Source: Podarcis vaucheri (Eukaryota). From it: DNA of 64,000 nucleotides. The stretch lies in NCBI GenBank assembly GCA_965113315.1, contig OZ220378.1; one strand, 5' to 3'. The notes below the pieces were generated by a model, which was not told the DNA's origin, ran no database searches, and saw nothing but the letters and a program-made list of their open reading frames with translations. Shown one piece after another: positions 39,052 through 51,000 of the stretch (position 1 is the first letter of the stretch; each line of letters starts with the position of its first letter). A program made the translations under genes and the position numbers.

Positions 39052-42000
39052 TGTGTGTTTTTTTAAATGTTTCCATGAGACAATCTGGAGGATGTCATAT
39101 AGAAAAATGGTTCAGTAATGCTTGGGTTACCTTATAAATAATATAAATCAACACACTCCTGGTGACGGCCTGAGTGCTAGCCAATATGTACCTTCCCTAG
39201 CCAGCATAGTGTATATTGGCCCTTCTGGCTTACCTTACTAGGAAGTGCCTGAGTCGACTCTTACTCAGGCAGGCCATGGGTTTTTTGGTTCTAGTTCTGG
39301 AGTGCTGTCTGCAGCCTGCCACACAGCATCTTTTTCCGTTCAGTTTGCTGCCGTTAAAGTTCTTGTGGGTTATGCATCCTCTGCATGACCTTCTGCTCAT
39401 GATACATTTTGGCCAGATTTTCTCAATCCAAGCTGTATTTCCCACCCGGGTGCGGAATAGTGATGTTTGTACTGAGCACACCTCAAAGTGGAAGTGCGTG
39501 TGAAAGAAGGAGGACTAGTCTAATCTGCAGGTGGAGCTGGGAAGACATAAAGACCTGGTTTTGTTTGCTGTGAGAATCCAGTGCAATGGCATTGGAGAGC
39601 CCCTGCTCTCAAACCTAATAGTGGCCGGTTGGAGTGTCTGTGGGCGTATTAATGCTGTGAGCCTTTCAATTTTATACTCGGCCCGTATGTATAAATAAAA
39701 CCATATACTGTATTACAGCGTCTCTAGTGACCTTCATTCTTATGAAACCTGAGGTATTGCAATCCACGAGATCACCATAATTATCACTATTATTTACACC
39801 ATTCTCAACAGAAAGTGCTCAGGGCGGTGAACAAAATCATGAAATATAATGCAGACCAAAAACAGATAGCAAAACAGACTTCAAAGCAGTAGCAATACAA
39901 CCAGCACCGCCAGTAGGAAAAACATCACGAGGACAAAAAAGGTGTCATTTATTTAATTATATGTTTAATATATGTCACTTAGTGGGTCAAATCTGTGTCA
40001 TTTATTTATTTAAACAGATTTCTATCCTGCCTTTTCATTTGAGTGCTAAAAGCATCTCACAATAAAAACCACATATCAGGTGACAGTAATGTAAGTAATA
40101 TGTGTATATATATTTGTAAAAATGCTCTCAATTTCTCTCTCTCCTTTTCTCAATCATTCAAGGGTTTGGAACTCCATTTAACATTGATGTGAAAAGACCT
40201 CAGATCTTCCGTGGCCCACAGGAAGCCCAGTTTGGGTACAAAGTCCTTCAGTACACAGCCCAGGGGCAGAAATGGTAAGTCAAGGCTGGTTAAACCTAAC
40301 CTGCAATAGCTGTTTTGAATATGACCATTCCTCTCTTTTTTATAGATTGCCACCAAAACTTACACGTACGTGGAAGCTTAAAACCACGGCCTCAGCCTCT
40401 TGTTCAATTATCCAGAAACCTGAGGGAAGACATGTCCTTCCAGGGCCAGCCCTACTATTAGACAAAGTGAGCTGACTGACTCAGGCAGCTAATTTCCAGT
40501 TACAGATGGGTAGCCGTGTTGGTCTGCCATAGTCAAAATAAAAAAAATCCTTCCTGTAGCACCTTAAAGACCAACTAAGTTAGTTCTTGGTATAAGCTTT
40601 CGTGTGCATGCACACTTCTTCAGATACACATCTGTGTATCTGAAGAAATGTGCATGCACACGAAAGCTTATACCAAGAACTAACTTAGTTGGTCTTTAAG
40701 GTGCTACAGGAAGGATTTTTTTTATTTTGACTAATTTCCAGTGTTATGGAAGGGCAGCATACTTGCTGCTTACTTTTTAAATTTTAAGATGTTATTATTT
40801 CATAAAAGTGTGCTGCATTTTTACTGCTGCCAGGGAGGGGAAGATATGCTGATGGGATTATCTTTAGGCCTCAGGTGCCAAAATAACTTGGCTAGCCTTT
40901 GACACTGCAATTTGATGGGCGGTGAGTGGTGAGTGGAGGATTTCCTGCTCCACCACAGGGAGCAAATTGTCTTAGGCCCATTCTGTCTACAAATATATTT
41001 TTTGTGGGGTTGGGGGGGCAGTTATATTGCTCCAAAGGAGGGAGGCAAATTAGCACTTTGAGTGCCAAGGCATGGGGTGGAGTATGCCTGTACCCTCTCA
41101 CAGGTTGGGGAAAAAATTGAGGGAATTTTTTGCATCCGTCTTTATAGTGGAAAATCTAGGGCAGATTCCCAGTGCCTGAACTAACTTGTGCAGGAAGGGA
41201 GTCTGAGGAACTGAGGCAGATAGCGGTGATAAGATGAATCTAGGCCTAACAGACACAATGAAAACTGACAAAAGTCCGGATGGAATCCACCCTAGAACTC
41301 AAACGTGAATTTCCTAATCATCTAACAAAAATATGTAACTTGGTCCCTCAGATCAGCCTCCACACCTGAGAACTGGAAAGAAGACAGTGTAACACCAATT
41401 TTTAGAAAAGGAAACTGGAGGGATCCTTTCAAATTACAGGCTAGTTAGCTGGATGTCTGTCCTGGGAAAATATTGGGGTCTGCTGACCCCAGTGTGCGCC
41501 AGCTCTGAAAATGATCTGAACTAGGGGTTGTTAGGACAGGATTTGAAAAATAAAACTGCCAATATCATTATGCTGTTATATAAATCTATGGTGCGACTGC
41601 ACTAGGAATACTATGTGCAGTTCTGCTTGCCTCCCTTCCAAAAGGATATTGTAGAGCAGGAGAAGGTTTCAGAAAAAAGGCCGCCAAAATGATCAAAGGG
41701 ATGAAGCGACTCTCCCATGAGGAAAGGTTGCCACGTTTGGGACTTTTTAATTTAGAGGAAAGGCCAAAAAGAAGTGACATGATAGAAGTTAATAAAATTA
41801 CACATGGCATGGAGAAAGTGGTTAGAGAAAAGCTTTCCCCCCCTCTCATAACATTAGAACCTAGTGGTCAATAACCCAGGTAATAAACTGAAATAGTCAT
41901 GATGATCATGATGATAAAGATGATTCCTTAAGCATCTCTAGATATATCTCTAAGGGGCGATTTTGAGTGGAAATTTTTTACAGAGACTAGGGTATGTGCT

Positions 42001-45000
42001 GAAACATTCAGCGTTCCTTTTCTAGTGGCAGGGGGTGCGGGGAGACTATTTGAATGAAGGTTTTGGCTTTGAGGCCAAGGATGGAAGGAATGAAACAGGC
42101 AATGATTTCCTGACAACGTGTGGTACCTCAAAATCTGTCTTCCCCCACCACACCCTTGAGGCCTAAATGCAGGTCTAAAAACAGCCCCCTGTTGCTCGTT
42201 TCTGCCTTTCCTCTGAGGCAGCTTCCACCTCTTCTCTGGCTTCCAGACCTCAGTCCCGCGTCAGTCCTGAATCAGAAAGGGAAATTCCGAGCTGCACCAA
42301 TGATTTCCCCAATTGTACATCCGCTGGACTTGTTAAAGAACAAAAGAACAAAAGGGAACTGTTGGCAGCACTCGTGCACTTGAGAATAATTCACAGATGG
42401 AGAAGAAATTCAGTATATGCCAGACTTCCATATGCTGCCATTAAGGGTGGCCAGGGAACTGGGTCCAAAGATCACATGAAACACAGAGGCACTCAAGAAG
42501 AGCCTCTGTGTGCAGCCGCCATAGCTTCTGGTGGGTGTTTGGAGCGTCCCCTGATGGCTCAGAGCCACATGGAGGCTGTCCTGCTGAATGGGTTCACCAG
42601 ATGTCTGGCCTCCTTAGCTTGAAATGATGCTGTGGGGGAGTTGGAAATAGGATGTCTCATGAATTTATGTTATCAGGGTGAAATATATTTGGAGTTGAAA
42701 GTGGATTCCATGCTCTTTATTCAGCTCATAGTGGTGAGGAGGAATGGAAGTTCCCCCAGAATGTCTGCTTTATATACACAATGGGCCTCACGTGATTGGC
42801 TCATTCCAGGATTCTCCTGTAAGCCAATCAGGTCGCGGATTCGCTTCCACCTGGAGCTGGATTGGGTGGCTTCTGTGGACCAATCAGACTGCTGCATTAT
42901 GGAGCCTACTGTTCTAGGACCAATCAGGCTGTTGCATTCTAAATCCTATTGTTCTAGGAACAATCAGACTGCTGCATTTTGGATCCTATTCAACTCAGTA
43001 CATAACACAGGGAGACCTGAGCTTTTGACCTGAAAATGGGATTCAGTGTGGGTTAAGGTTTGCCAACTGATCCAGGCCTTCTCTTGTGGTGTAGAAAGGT
43101 TTCTCAGCTTGAAGATAATGCTTGTCATTCTCTGCTGGTGCTATCCACACTGTTAAAACTGCGTAGAATCATAGAATTGTAGAGTTAGTTAGGGACCTAA
43201 GAGGTCATCATCTTGTTCAGCCGCCTGCATTGCAGGAACCACAGCTGCTCCCTCCTCCATTGTGATGACAGCCCTTAAGATATTTGAAGATGGCTATCAT
43301 ATCTCCTCTCAGTCTCCTCTTTTCCAGGCTAAACACACCCAGTTCCTTCAAGCACTCCTCATAAGGCTTAGTTTCCAGACCCTTGATCATCATGTGGGGG
43401 ATTGGTGTTATATACTCAAACCATCTCGCCCCAGTGAACAACCAGACCTTCTGAATTCATCTCACTGATGAGGAGTGGGGCTGACACGCAGTTGCATCTT
43501 TTGATACCTCCAGATATTGTAATATGATAAAACATTGGGGTGATACGCTAAATCCCAGGCAGTACCTTCAGAGGAAAACTGTGGGGAATGCCCTACTTCC
43601 CCATAATATATTTCCATCATATTACCAAAATGAAGGAGGAATCTGTGAGCTTGCTGGCGATGAGGAATCCAGGAATCAGATGCAAAGCTTAACATGATCA
43701 CTGTTTCCCTTGGAAAAGGCATCTCAGAGTGGGCGATGGGGCTGCTGAGCTTGGGGGGACTGCCTTCAGTGAGAAAGTGGGGCAGCGTGTCAGAAACACT
43801 TTCGATCCACCCCGCCAAACCAAGAACTGGGTTCTCCAAAGCCAACACTTTGGGGGTCGGTGTGCCAGTAATGTATTGGGGATGCCTCCTTTTCCTTTCT
43901 CCAGCTTCTTTCCAGAGTCATTGAGTGAGTAGATGAGGTGGTGAGAATAGTGTTTGGGACCCCCTGGGAAAGGGGATGGACAAAATGAAGGGTGGGGGGA
44001 GGAATGAGAGAGGGGGAAAGTGAGCAGGAGGAAGAAAATGCAGAGAAATGGGCCTCCCTCTTCTTTTCCCTTCCTTTCTCTCTCCTGCACAACCTCCATC
44101 CAACTCTGCCCTGCCAAATTTCACAGTTCATCATCTAGTTTTCAGTACAGTAATAGTAATACAGTGCTTAAAAAAAATAAATCCAAACGACTCTTCTTTT
44201 TTTTGCAAGATGTGATTTCCCTCACAACAATCCTGTGAGGTAATGCAGCACATTCACTCTACCATTTTACAGAGACAGTGCTAGAATAAGGAGGATAGCT
44301 ACTTGCTTGATAGGGCCTCTGCCTCCTTCTCCTCTTTTCTGAGGCAGCTCCTAAAAAGCTGCATGGGGTGCAGCAATTGACAGTGTTTTTATAACCCTTA
44401 AAAGCCAGAGAATTAGTCAGTGACATGAACCCATGGCTCCTAATTCCATGTGAAACTCCCGTTGCAAAGAACCATGTTTTACCTGCAAAATTATGCCACA
44501 ATACTCCAGAAAACAATATACAAATGTTGGCATGGTTTCATGTTACTGTGACTTTTAAATCATTTAATGGCATCAGGCAGGATTTTCGGCACCTGCTGAA
44601 AACATTTTTGTTTAGACATGCCTATCCAGAATGTTGACATGTTTTTTTTTAGCTTACCGTTGATTTTAATTATTATTTGAATGTTATGAATGGCTGTTTT
44701 AAACTGTGTTTTATTGAGGGGTTTTTTTGTAAACCGCTTTGAGTTTTCATTTTATTTTTATAGTCAAGTGGTTTATACATTTAATGAAATAAAGAAATCT
44801 CAACAGGATGCTGGTGGGGGCACCTTGGGATGGGACAGCAGATGACAGAAAAGGTGATGTTTACAAGTGCATTGTGGGAGAGAGGAACAACTCAACGTGC
44901 GCCAAAGTCAACATAGGTAGGTATTGACATCATTGCTGAGAAGTACTTGCCCTGCCTCTGTCCCATCAGTTTCAGAACTCATACTGTTGCTGGGATTGGA

Positions 45001-48000
45001 TGGATTAAAGGTTTTATTCAATAAGTTAGCACAGTGTCCCAAAAATGAGTCTAGAAGTTGCAAGTTCATGAGGTACAGCAGGTAAGCTAAGATGTTGTTC
45101 CAAAAATTGGGACACCCCCTATAAGGGGCTGGACTGAGGAGAAATGGTGGGAACTGCCCCTCCCCTTCCTGCACCTTCCCTAGAAGAGGAGGACAGTATA
45201 GATTTAGAACAGTGGTTTGCAGAAGGTCATAGTTCAGAGGCTGCAGGAGGGAGAAGCTGGGAAATATTGGGAGAGCAGCAGGGGATAGACAGCTAACAGA
45301 CTGAAGTGTCTCTTGAAAGCATTCCTGACCCCCCCCCCCCTTCTCCCAGAACAAGGTGTGCCTTGAGAGTAATAGAACAGAAAACTCAGAGGCAGAAAGC
45401 ACAGATCAGCCAGCGCAGGGGTGATGTAGAATAGGAGGGACTGAGAGGGTGGGACTTGGAGCAACACCATTAACTAAGAGAGATAGCATTCCTTCGTCTC
45501 TCTCTGTGAATATTGAATAAACTACTTGGTAATAATTCTTTGTGTTTTTTCCACTTCTTGGCATCCCACCGTGAGAGGGATAAGATTTCTGGAAGCCTTG
45601 ACACACACCCTGTTCTTCCTTTTCGAAGAGAGGGACAAATACAGCTATTTGAAAAGTTGAGCTTCTGAGCCTTGAGAGACTGGGCAAGCAATTGGGCACT
45701 GAGTGCGCAGTGACTGGTCCAAAGTCTCCATGAGGGTTAAGCACGCATGGTCTGTTCATGCTGGCACTGTGTCCCTGGATTCATAGACTCATAGAATTGG
45801 GGAATTGGAAGGGAGATGGAGCAGAGACAGCAGGACCAGCACACTGATTAATTTATCGTCAGGTTCCCTGATTTAGGGCTTGTTGTACCCTTCTGTGACC
45901 ATCCTTAATAAATCCTGAGTCTTGCAGCAGAATTCGTGGAGGGTTTGGGGGAGGCAAGGGCAGGCGTACATCACGGAGGTGGGTTTTAATGTACAGGGTA
46001 GCTATTACCTCTCATTCCAGTCCCAGCCATGATCCGATGCCAGGCTCATATTTTTGTATGTGTCCTCCCCCCCCCTTCCACTTCCTCTTCTTACTGCTCT
46101 TCCTCCCCCACCCTCTTGCTGGCCTCTTGTGAACTAAAATTAGGTGACATGGCCCTGCAGAACAACTCCAGGCAAATCAAAAACATGCATTTTGGAATGT
46201 CGCTTGTGGCCAACAAAGATGACGGGTTTGTGGTGAGCAATATTTGCGGTGTCTTTTTCTGTATTTAAATTGAAAACACAAACAGAGACAGATGCACAAA
46301 AATGAGATCTAGGAAAGGCTGCTATTACTTCAGTGGAAGCCAGGTGAACCGTAAGGCTAGGGTCCCCAACATGGCCCCATATTTTATTTCTAAAATGAAG
46401 TTTTGTTTGTTTGTTTGAAAGAGGGGGTGTCTGCCATTTTGGTCTGTCTTTCATTTTGGTATGTGTGTGGTATGTGTACTTTGTCCTTTTGGGGGATGGA
46501 TTCACATGCATCTGGGGCATCAGTTTATATATGATATCTCCATCAGTCGTCAGTCAAGAGGCTGGTCCCATTCCTTGCATTCAAGCACTGAATTTGTGGT
46601 AGCCAGAGGGTTTTGCAACCTGGCTTTGCAAAAAACATTTTGTCATTTTTACCAAAGATAATTAAAAGAGATAGAACAGTTCATTTACTAGGGAAGAAAG
46701 AAGTGCATGCATGCATCCTGCAAACAGGATGCAGGGTGTGTTTTGGAAAAGCAGAGTGAAGAAACAAAAATTAGGGATTTTGATGGTACTGGTCCCATTC
46801 ACCCCACCTCCAGTCTCAGCAAAGCTCCTATGTCTTTTAGGAGCCCCGTGGTGTGCTGAAAATCAACAGGCAAGGCAATTCAGTAGCGGAATGGAGCAAG
46901 GTTGACAAAAATGTTGCCTTGGATATAGTCAGGATCTATTTATATTTTTTAAAGTAGCATATTTCAAGAATACTTATTGTGGTTATTTTATCGTGTCTCA
47001 TGATAGCTACGGCAATTTTATTGTCACATGACTAACAACAAGCCCGTTGTTGTCCATGGACAAACAACCCATTTAATTCCTACTAAGCAAGGGGATTTAA
47101 TGTGTAGGAGGATCGTGGCCTTGAAAACGAGAAACCGGCAACCTGGGAGAACCATTGCGCTGAGTCTCAAACGTGGCCCCTGATGGGAAGGCAGAGATTG
47201 TGAAAGCTCGTTGTGCTTGCTCTGTTTCTGCCTGCCAAAGACTTGCAAGTAACAGCGGGGTGGGGCCCCCCCTTCTTTAATGGAGGTGTGCCTGTAAAGA
47301 TCACAGCTGCTGCCAACACTGGCACACCCAAAGGAGCTTAATTCCTTCCCTGAACAGCTGGCCAGGGAGGCTGTGGCTGGTATCTAGGGCAGCTTGGCTG
47401 GGCGTTCCCTGCAAGCAGAGGAGGCCGTTAGCTGCTGCTTGGCTGGCTGGCATTTTTGTGGTGAGGCTCTTGTTTACTCTCAAAGCCCGCCTGAGCATCT
47501 GTTTGAAGCTGGCCTGAGGGCAGCGAGGCCCCGAAAGCGGCTTGAGCAGGACAGCCTTTCAAAGCAGTAAATGAACACTGAGGGGAGCTACAGTTGTTGG
47601 TAATGGGACTGAGTCCCGCAGCCCTGTCACGGTTTCCCAAGATGGGACCTGTGAAAAAATGGAATGAATAACTAAATATTAAAAAGTTTTGCACTGGGAA
47701 ACTTGGAATTCCACAGCCTGTATAATGAATTACATATGTGCCAGCTGTCCCACTTTATCGGGGACAAGCCCTGATTTTTAATCCGTGTCACTGGTGCAAG
47801 AACCGGCCTTTAAACCAGAAATTCCCAAACCTGTTTGGGCTATTTCCCCTTTGGTTCCCTAAACTCAACGCCGGTGTCCCCTATAAAAAAAAAGCACCAT
47901 TCACTAAGGAAGGCGATAACACAATAAAATTCAAAACAGTAACAATTAGGGCTCATCCAAACTTGATTTTGTGCCACGAAACAACTCTGTGCTTTAAAGT

Positions 48001-51000
48001 GCAAAAACCCAAATTGCTGCTTATTCTAATTCAGTGAGTTTTCACGAAGAAAGTGCCGTGTGTGTGTCCGGACACAGCACTTTAAAGCACAGACCTGTGC
48101 CTAGGAAGCACAGGGAAAAAGGTAATTGTGGATGAGCCCTTAGTTGCTCATTTATTCAAAACCCAGTTAAAACAATTTACTGTATTTTCCCGTCTATAAG
48201 ATGCCCCCATGTATAAGATGCCCCCTATTTTGGGGAACTTCGATTTAAGAAAATGGGGGGAGATACTATCCGTATATAAGACGAGCCCAGATTTTGAACA
48301 TTATTTTAGAGTAAAAAAATATAGTCTTATACACGGAAAGTCAGGACACGGGTGGTGCTGTGGGTTAAACCACAGAGCCTAGGACTTGCCAATCAGAAGG
48401 TCGGTGGTTTGAATCCCCACAACAGGGTCAGCTCTCGTTGCTCGGTCCCTGCTCCTGCCAACCTAGCAGTTCAAAAGCACGTCAACGTGCAAGTAGATAA
48501 ATAGGTTCCGCTCCGGCGGGAAGGTAAACGGCGTTTCCGTGCGCTGCTCTAGTTCGCCAGAAGTGGCTTAGTCATGCTGGCCACATGACCCGGAAGCTGT
48601 ATGCCGGCTCCCTCGGCCAATAAAGCGAGATGAGCGCCACAACCCCAGAGTCGGTCATGACTGGACCTAATGGTCAGGGGTCCCTTTACGGAAAAGTATG
48701 GGAGCTTAATTAATTCAACAAGATGGATTAACTTAATCCAGTGATACCAGCTTTTCAAAGTCTGAGAGTCATTGACACCTCCAGCGCCCCCACCCCACCC
48801 CCTTGCCTCTTAGCTCCCCCCCAGGTAATCCCCACTGCCCACAGGGGGCAGTACCACCCACTTTTAACCCCTCCTGCTTGTACCCAAAACTCTCTCAGAT
48901 TCTGAACATGCTAAGAATTGTCTGGCAAAAGAGAACAGGAAGCTGCCTGACTATTGGTCTATCTAGCTCAGTAAAGTCTGGCGGCAACACTCCACTTAAA
49001 CCAGTTTGCGTCTCCTCTCCAGTGTGGCTGGGCAGGTTCTTATGTCCGGTTCTCCTGACAGGCCTGTGCCCCCCTGTGGTCCCAGGAATGCGGCACCTCC
49101 ATGTTCAGCACCGGGATTTGCACCAGTGTGGACGAGAACTTCCGCCTGACGGAAAACATCGCCCCAACAGCTCAGAGTAAGTTTTGGTGTCCTGCAGTGG
49201 TGTGTCAGATTTCTAAAGCGGCCAGCATTGAGGGCCTCGCTGGAAGCCCTTCTTCTCTCTACTCCCAAGTCCCTCAGAAATAGCTGTTTTGGTCCAGGAG
49301 AAAGGGAAGTGCCACTTTGCACATGTTCAGAAGTGCTCTGGACTAGCCAATACGGCACCCTCTTGTGCAGCATTTAAGGTAGCAGGTGATGATAAGAAAG
49401 AAGAGGAGTTTGGATTTGATATCCTGCTTTATCACTACCCTAAGGAGTCTCAAAGCGGCTAACATTCTCCTTTCCCTTCCTCCCCCACAACAAACACTCT
49501 GTGAGGTGAGTGGGGCTGAGAGACTTCAGAGAAGTGTGACTAGCCCAAGGTCACCCAGCAGCTGCATGTGGAGGAGCGGGGAAGCGAACCCGGTTCACCA
49601 GATTACGAGTCCACTGCTCTTAACCTCTACACCACACTGGCTCTCAAGGAGGGCCTTTATCTACCTGAAATCCTGGATAGAGTTGCTGCCTCCCAGAGTA
49701 GGCTGGTCTGAACAAGCAGTTTGACTGAATATATGGCAGCTTCCTTTGTTAAAAGCTGTTGGGTGTTTTAGTGATTTGAAATGCAGGAACCGCTGTGAGC
49801 ATTTAAGTCCCCCCCAAGGTTAGCATTTTCTTCAGCCTGCAGGCCCAGGAGGACTCATTGCAATGATTCCATATGACTCAGGCTCTGGAAAGTCGTATTG
49901 GGACATCAGTCATGCATCGTGTGCCAATGACTTTTCTCCATGGACTCACTGAGGTGGCAGCCTTAGGCTTCTGTTGAATCACTTCAGGCTAGCAGGGCCG
50001 TGTGCTATATTTTACAGAGGGCAGACCCCTATTTTAAGAGCATGGCCTGGTCAAAATCCAGTTTAGGGATTTTGTAAAGGAAGAGAGGGGTGTGTATATG
50101 TTTGGAAGTTGCCCACCCCCCATAAAGGGGTCATCTTGCTAGTCCCAGCCTACCGCTATCCCCCCTGAAAAAAACAACCCTCCTTTGCCATTGCCTAACT
50201 TTCTGCCTTTTCAATTTCATACAGGATGCTCAACTTACATGGACATAATAATTGTTCTGGATGGATCCAACAGCATTTATCCTTGGTACGAGGTGCAGAA
50301 CTTTCTTAGCAACATCCTTAGCAAATTTTTCATCGATCCAGAGCAGATCCAAGTGAGTTTGCTATTTTGTTTGAAATTAGTTTTTAAACGATCATCCAAA
50401 CGTATATGATGGAAAAAATGTAAGTTATTTGAAATTGCAGTATAGGCATGGCTACCTATTCATATACTAAGCTACACTTCAGTTTATAAATTACAGTGGT
50501 ACCTCGGGTTACATACGCTTCAGGTTACATACGCTTCAGGTTACAGACTCCGCTAACTCAGAAATAGTGCTTCAGGTTAAGAACTTTGCTTCAGGATGAG
50601 AACAGAAATCGGGCTCCAGCGGTGCGGCAGCAACAGGAGGCCCCATTAGCTAAAGTGGTGTCTCAGGTTAAGACCAGTTTCAGGTTATGAACAGACCTCT
50701 GGAACAAATTAAGTACTTAACCCGAGGTACCACTATATTGTTTCTTTCCATTATTTGTTAAATAGTTATTCTGCAGCTTCACACAGTCAATTGCAAAACC
50801 GTCAGCTTCTAGCACTCAGTAAACATATGGGACCACTCAGTTCCACTCATTTAACTCTCCTCTTGATAACTTAGCTTCGCAGTAACTTACTTATTCTAAA
50901 TCAGCTTTCACAGGGCAAAATCACTGTGGAGAAAATCTGCTTTTATAAGGCAACATCACTGTTGCAAACTGGAGATTTGATGGGGGGGGCAGTTCTTGAG

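Noticed and set aside
38380-39760. Possible fragmented ERV LTR (CCAAT/TATA near 38560-38615, AATAAA near 39695)
   Set aside because: Could not define termini or a TSD by eye.
43462-43848. 128-aa minus-strand ORF in ITGA10 intron 2
   Set aside because: Non-ATG start, no recognisable family and no splice context.
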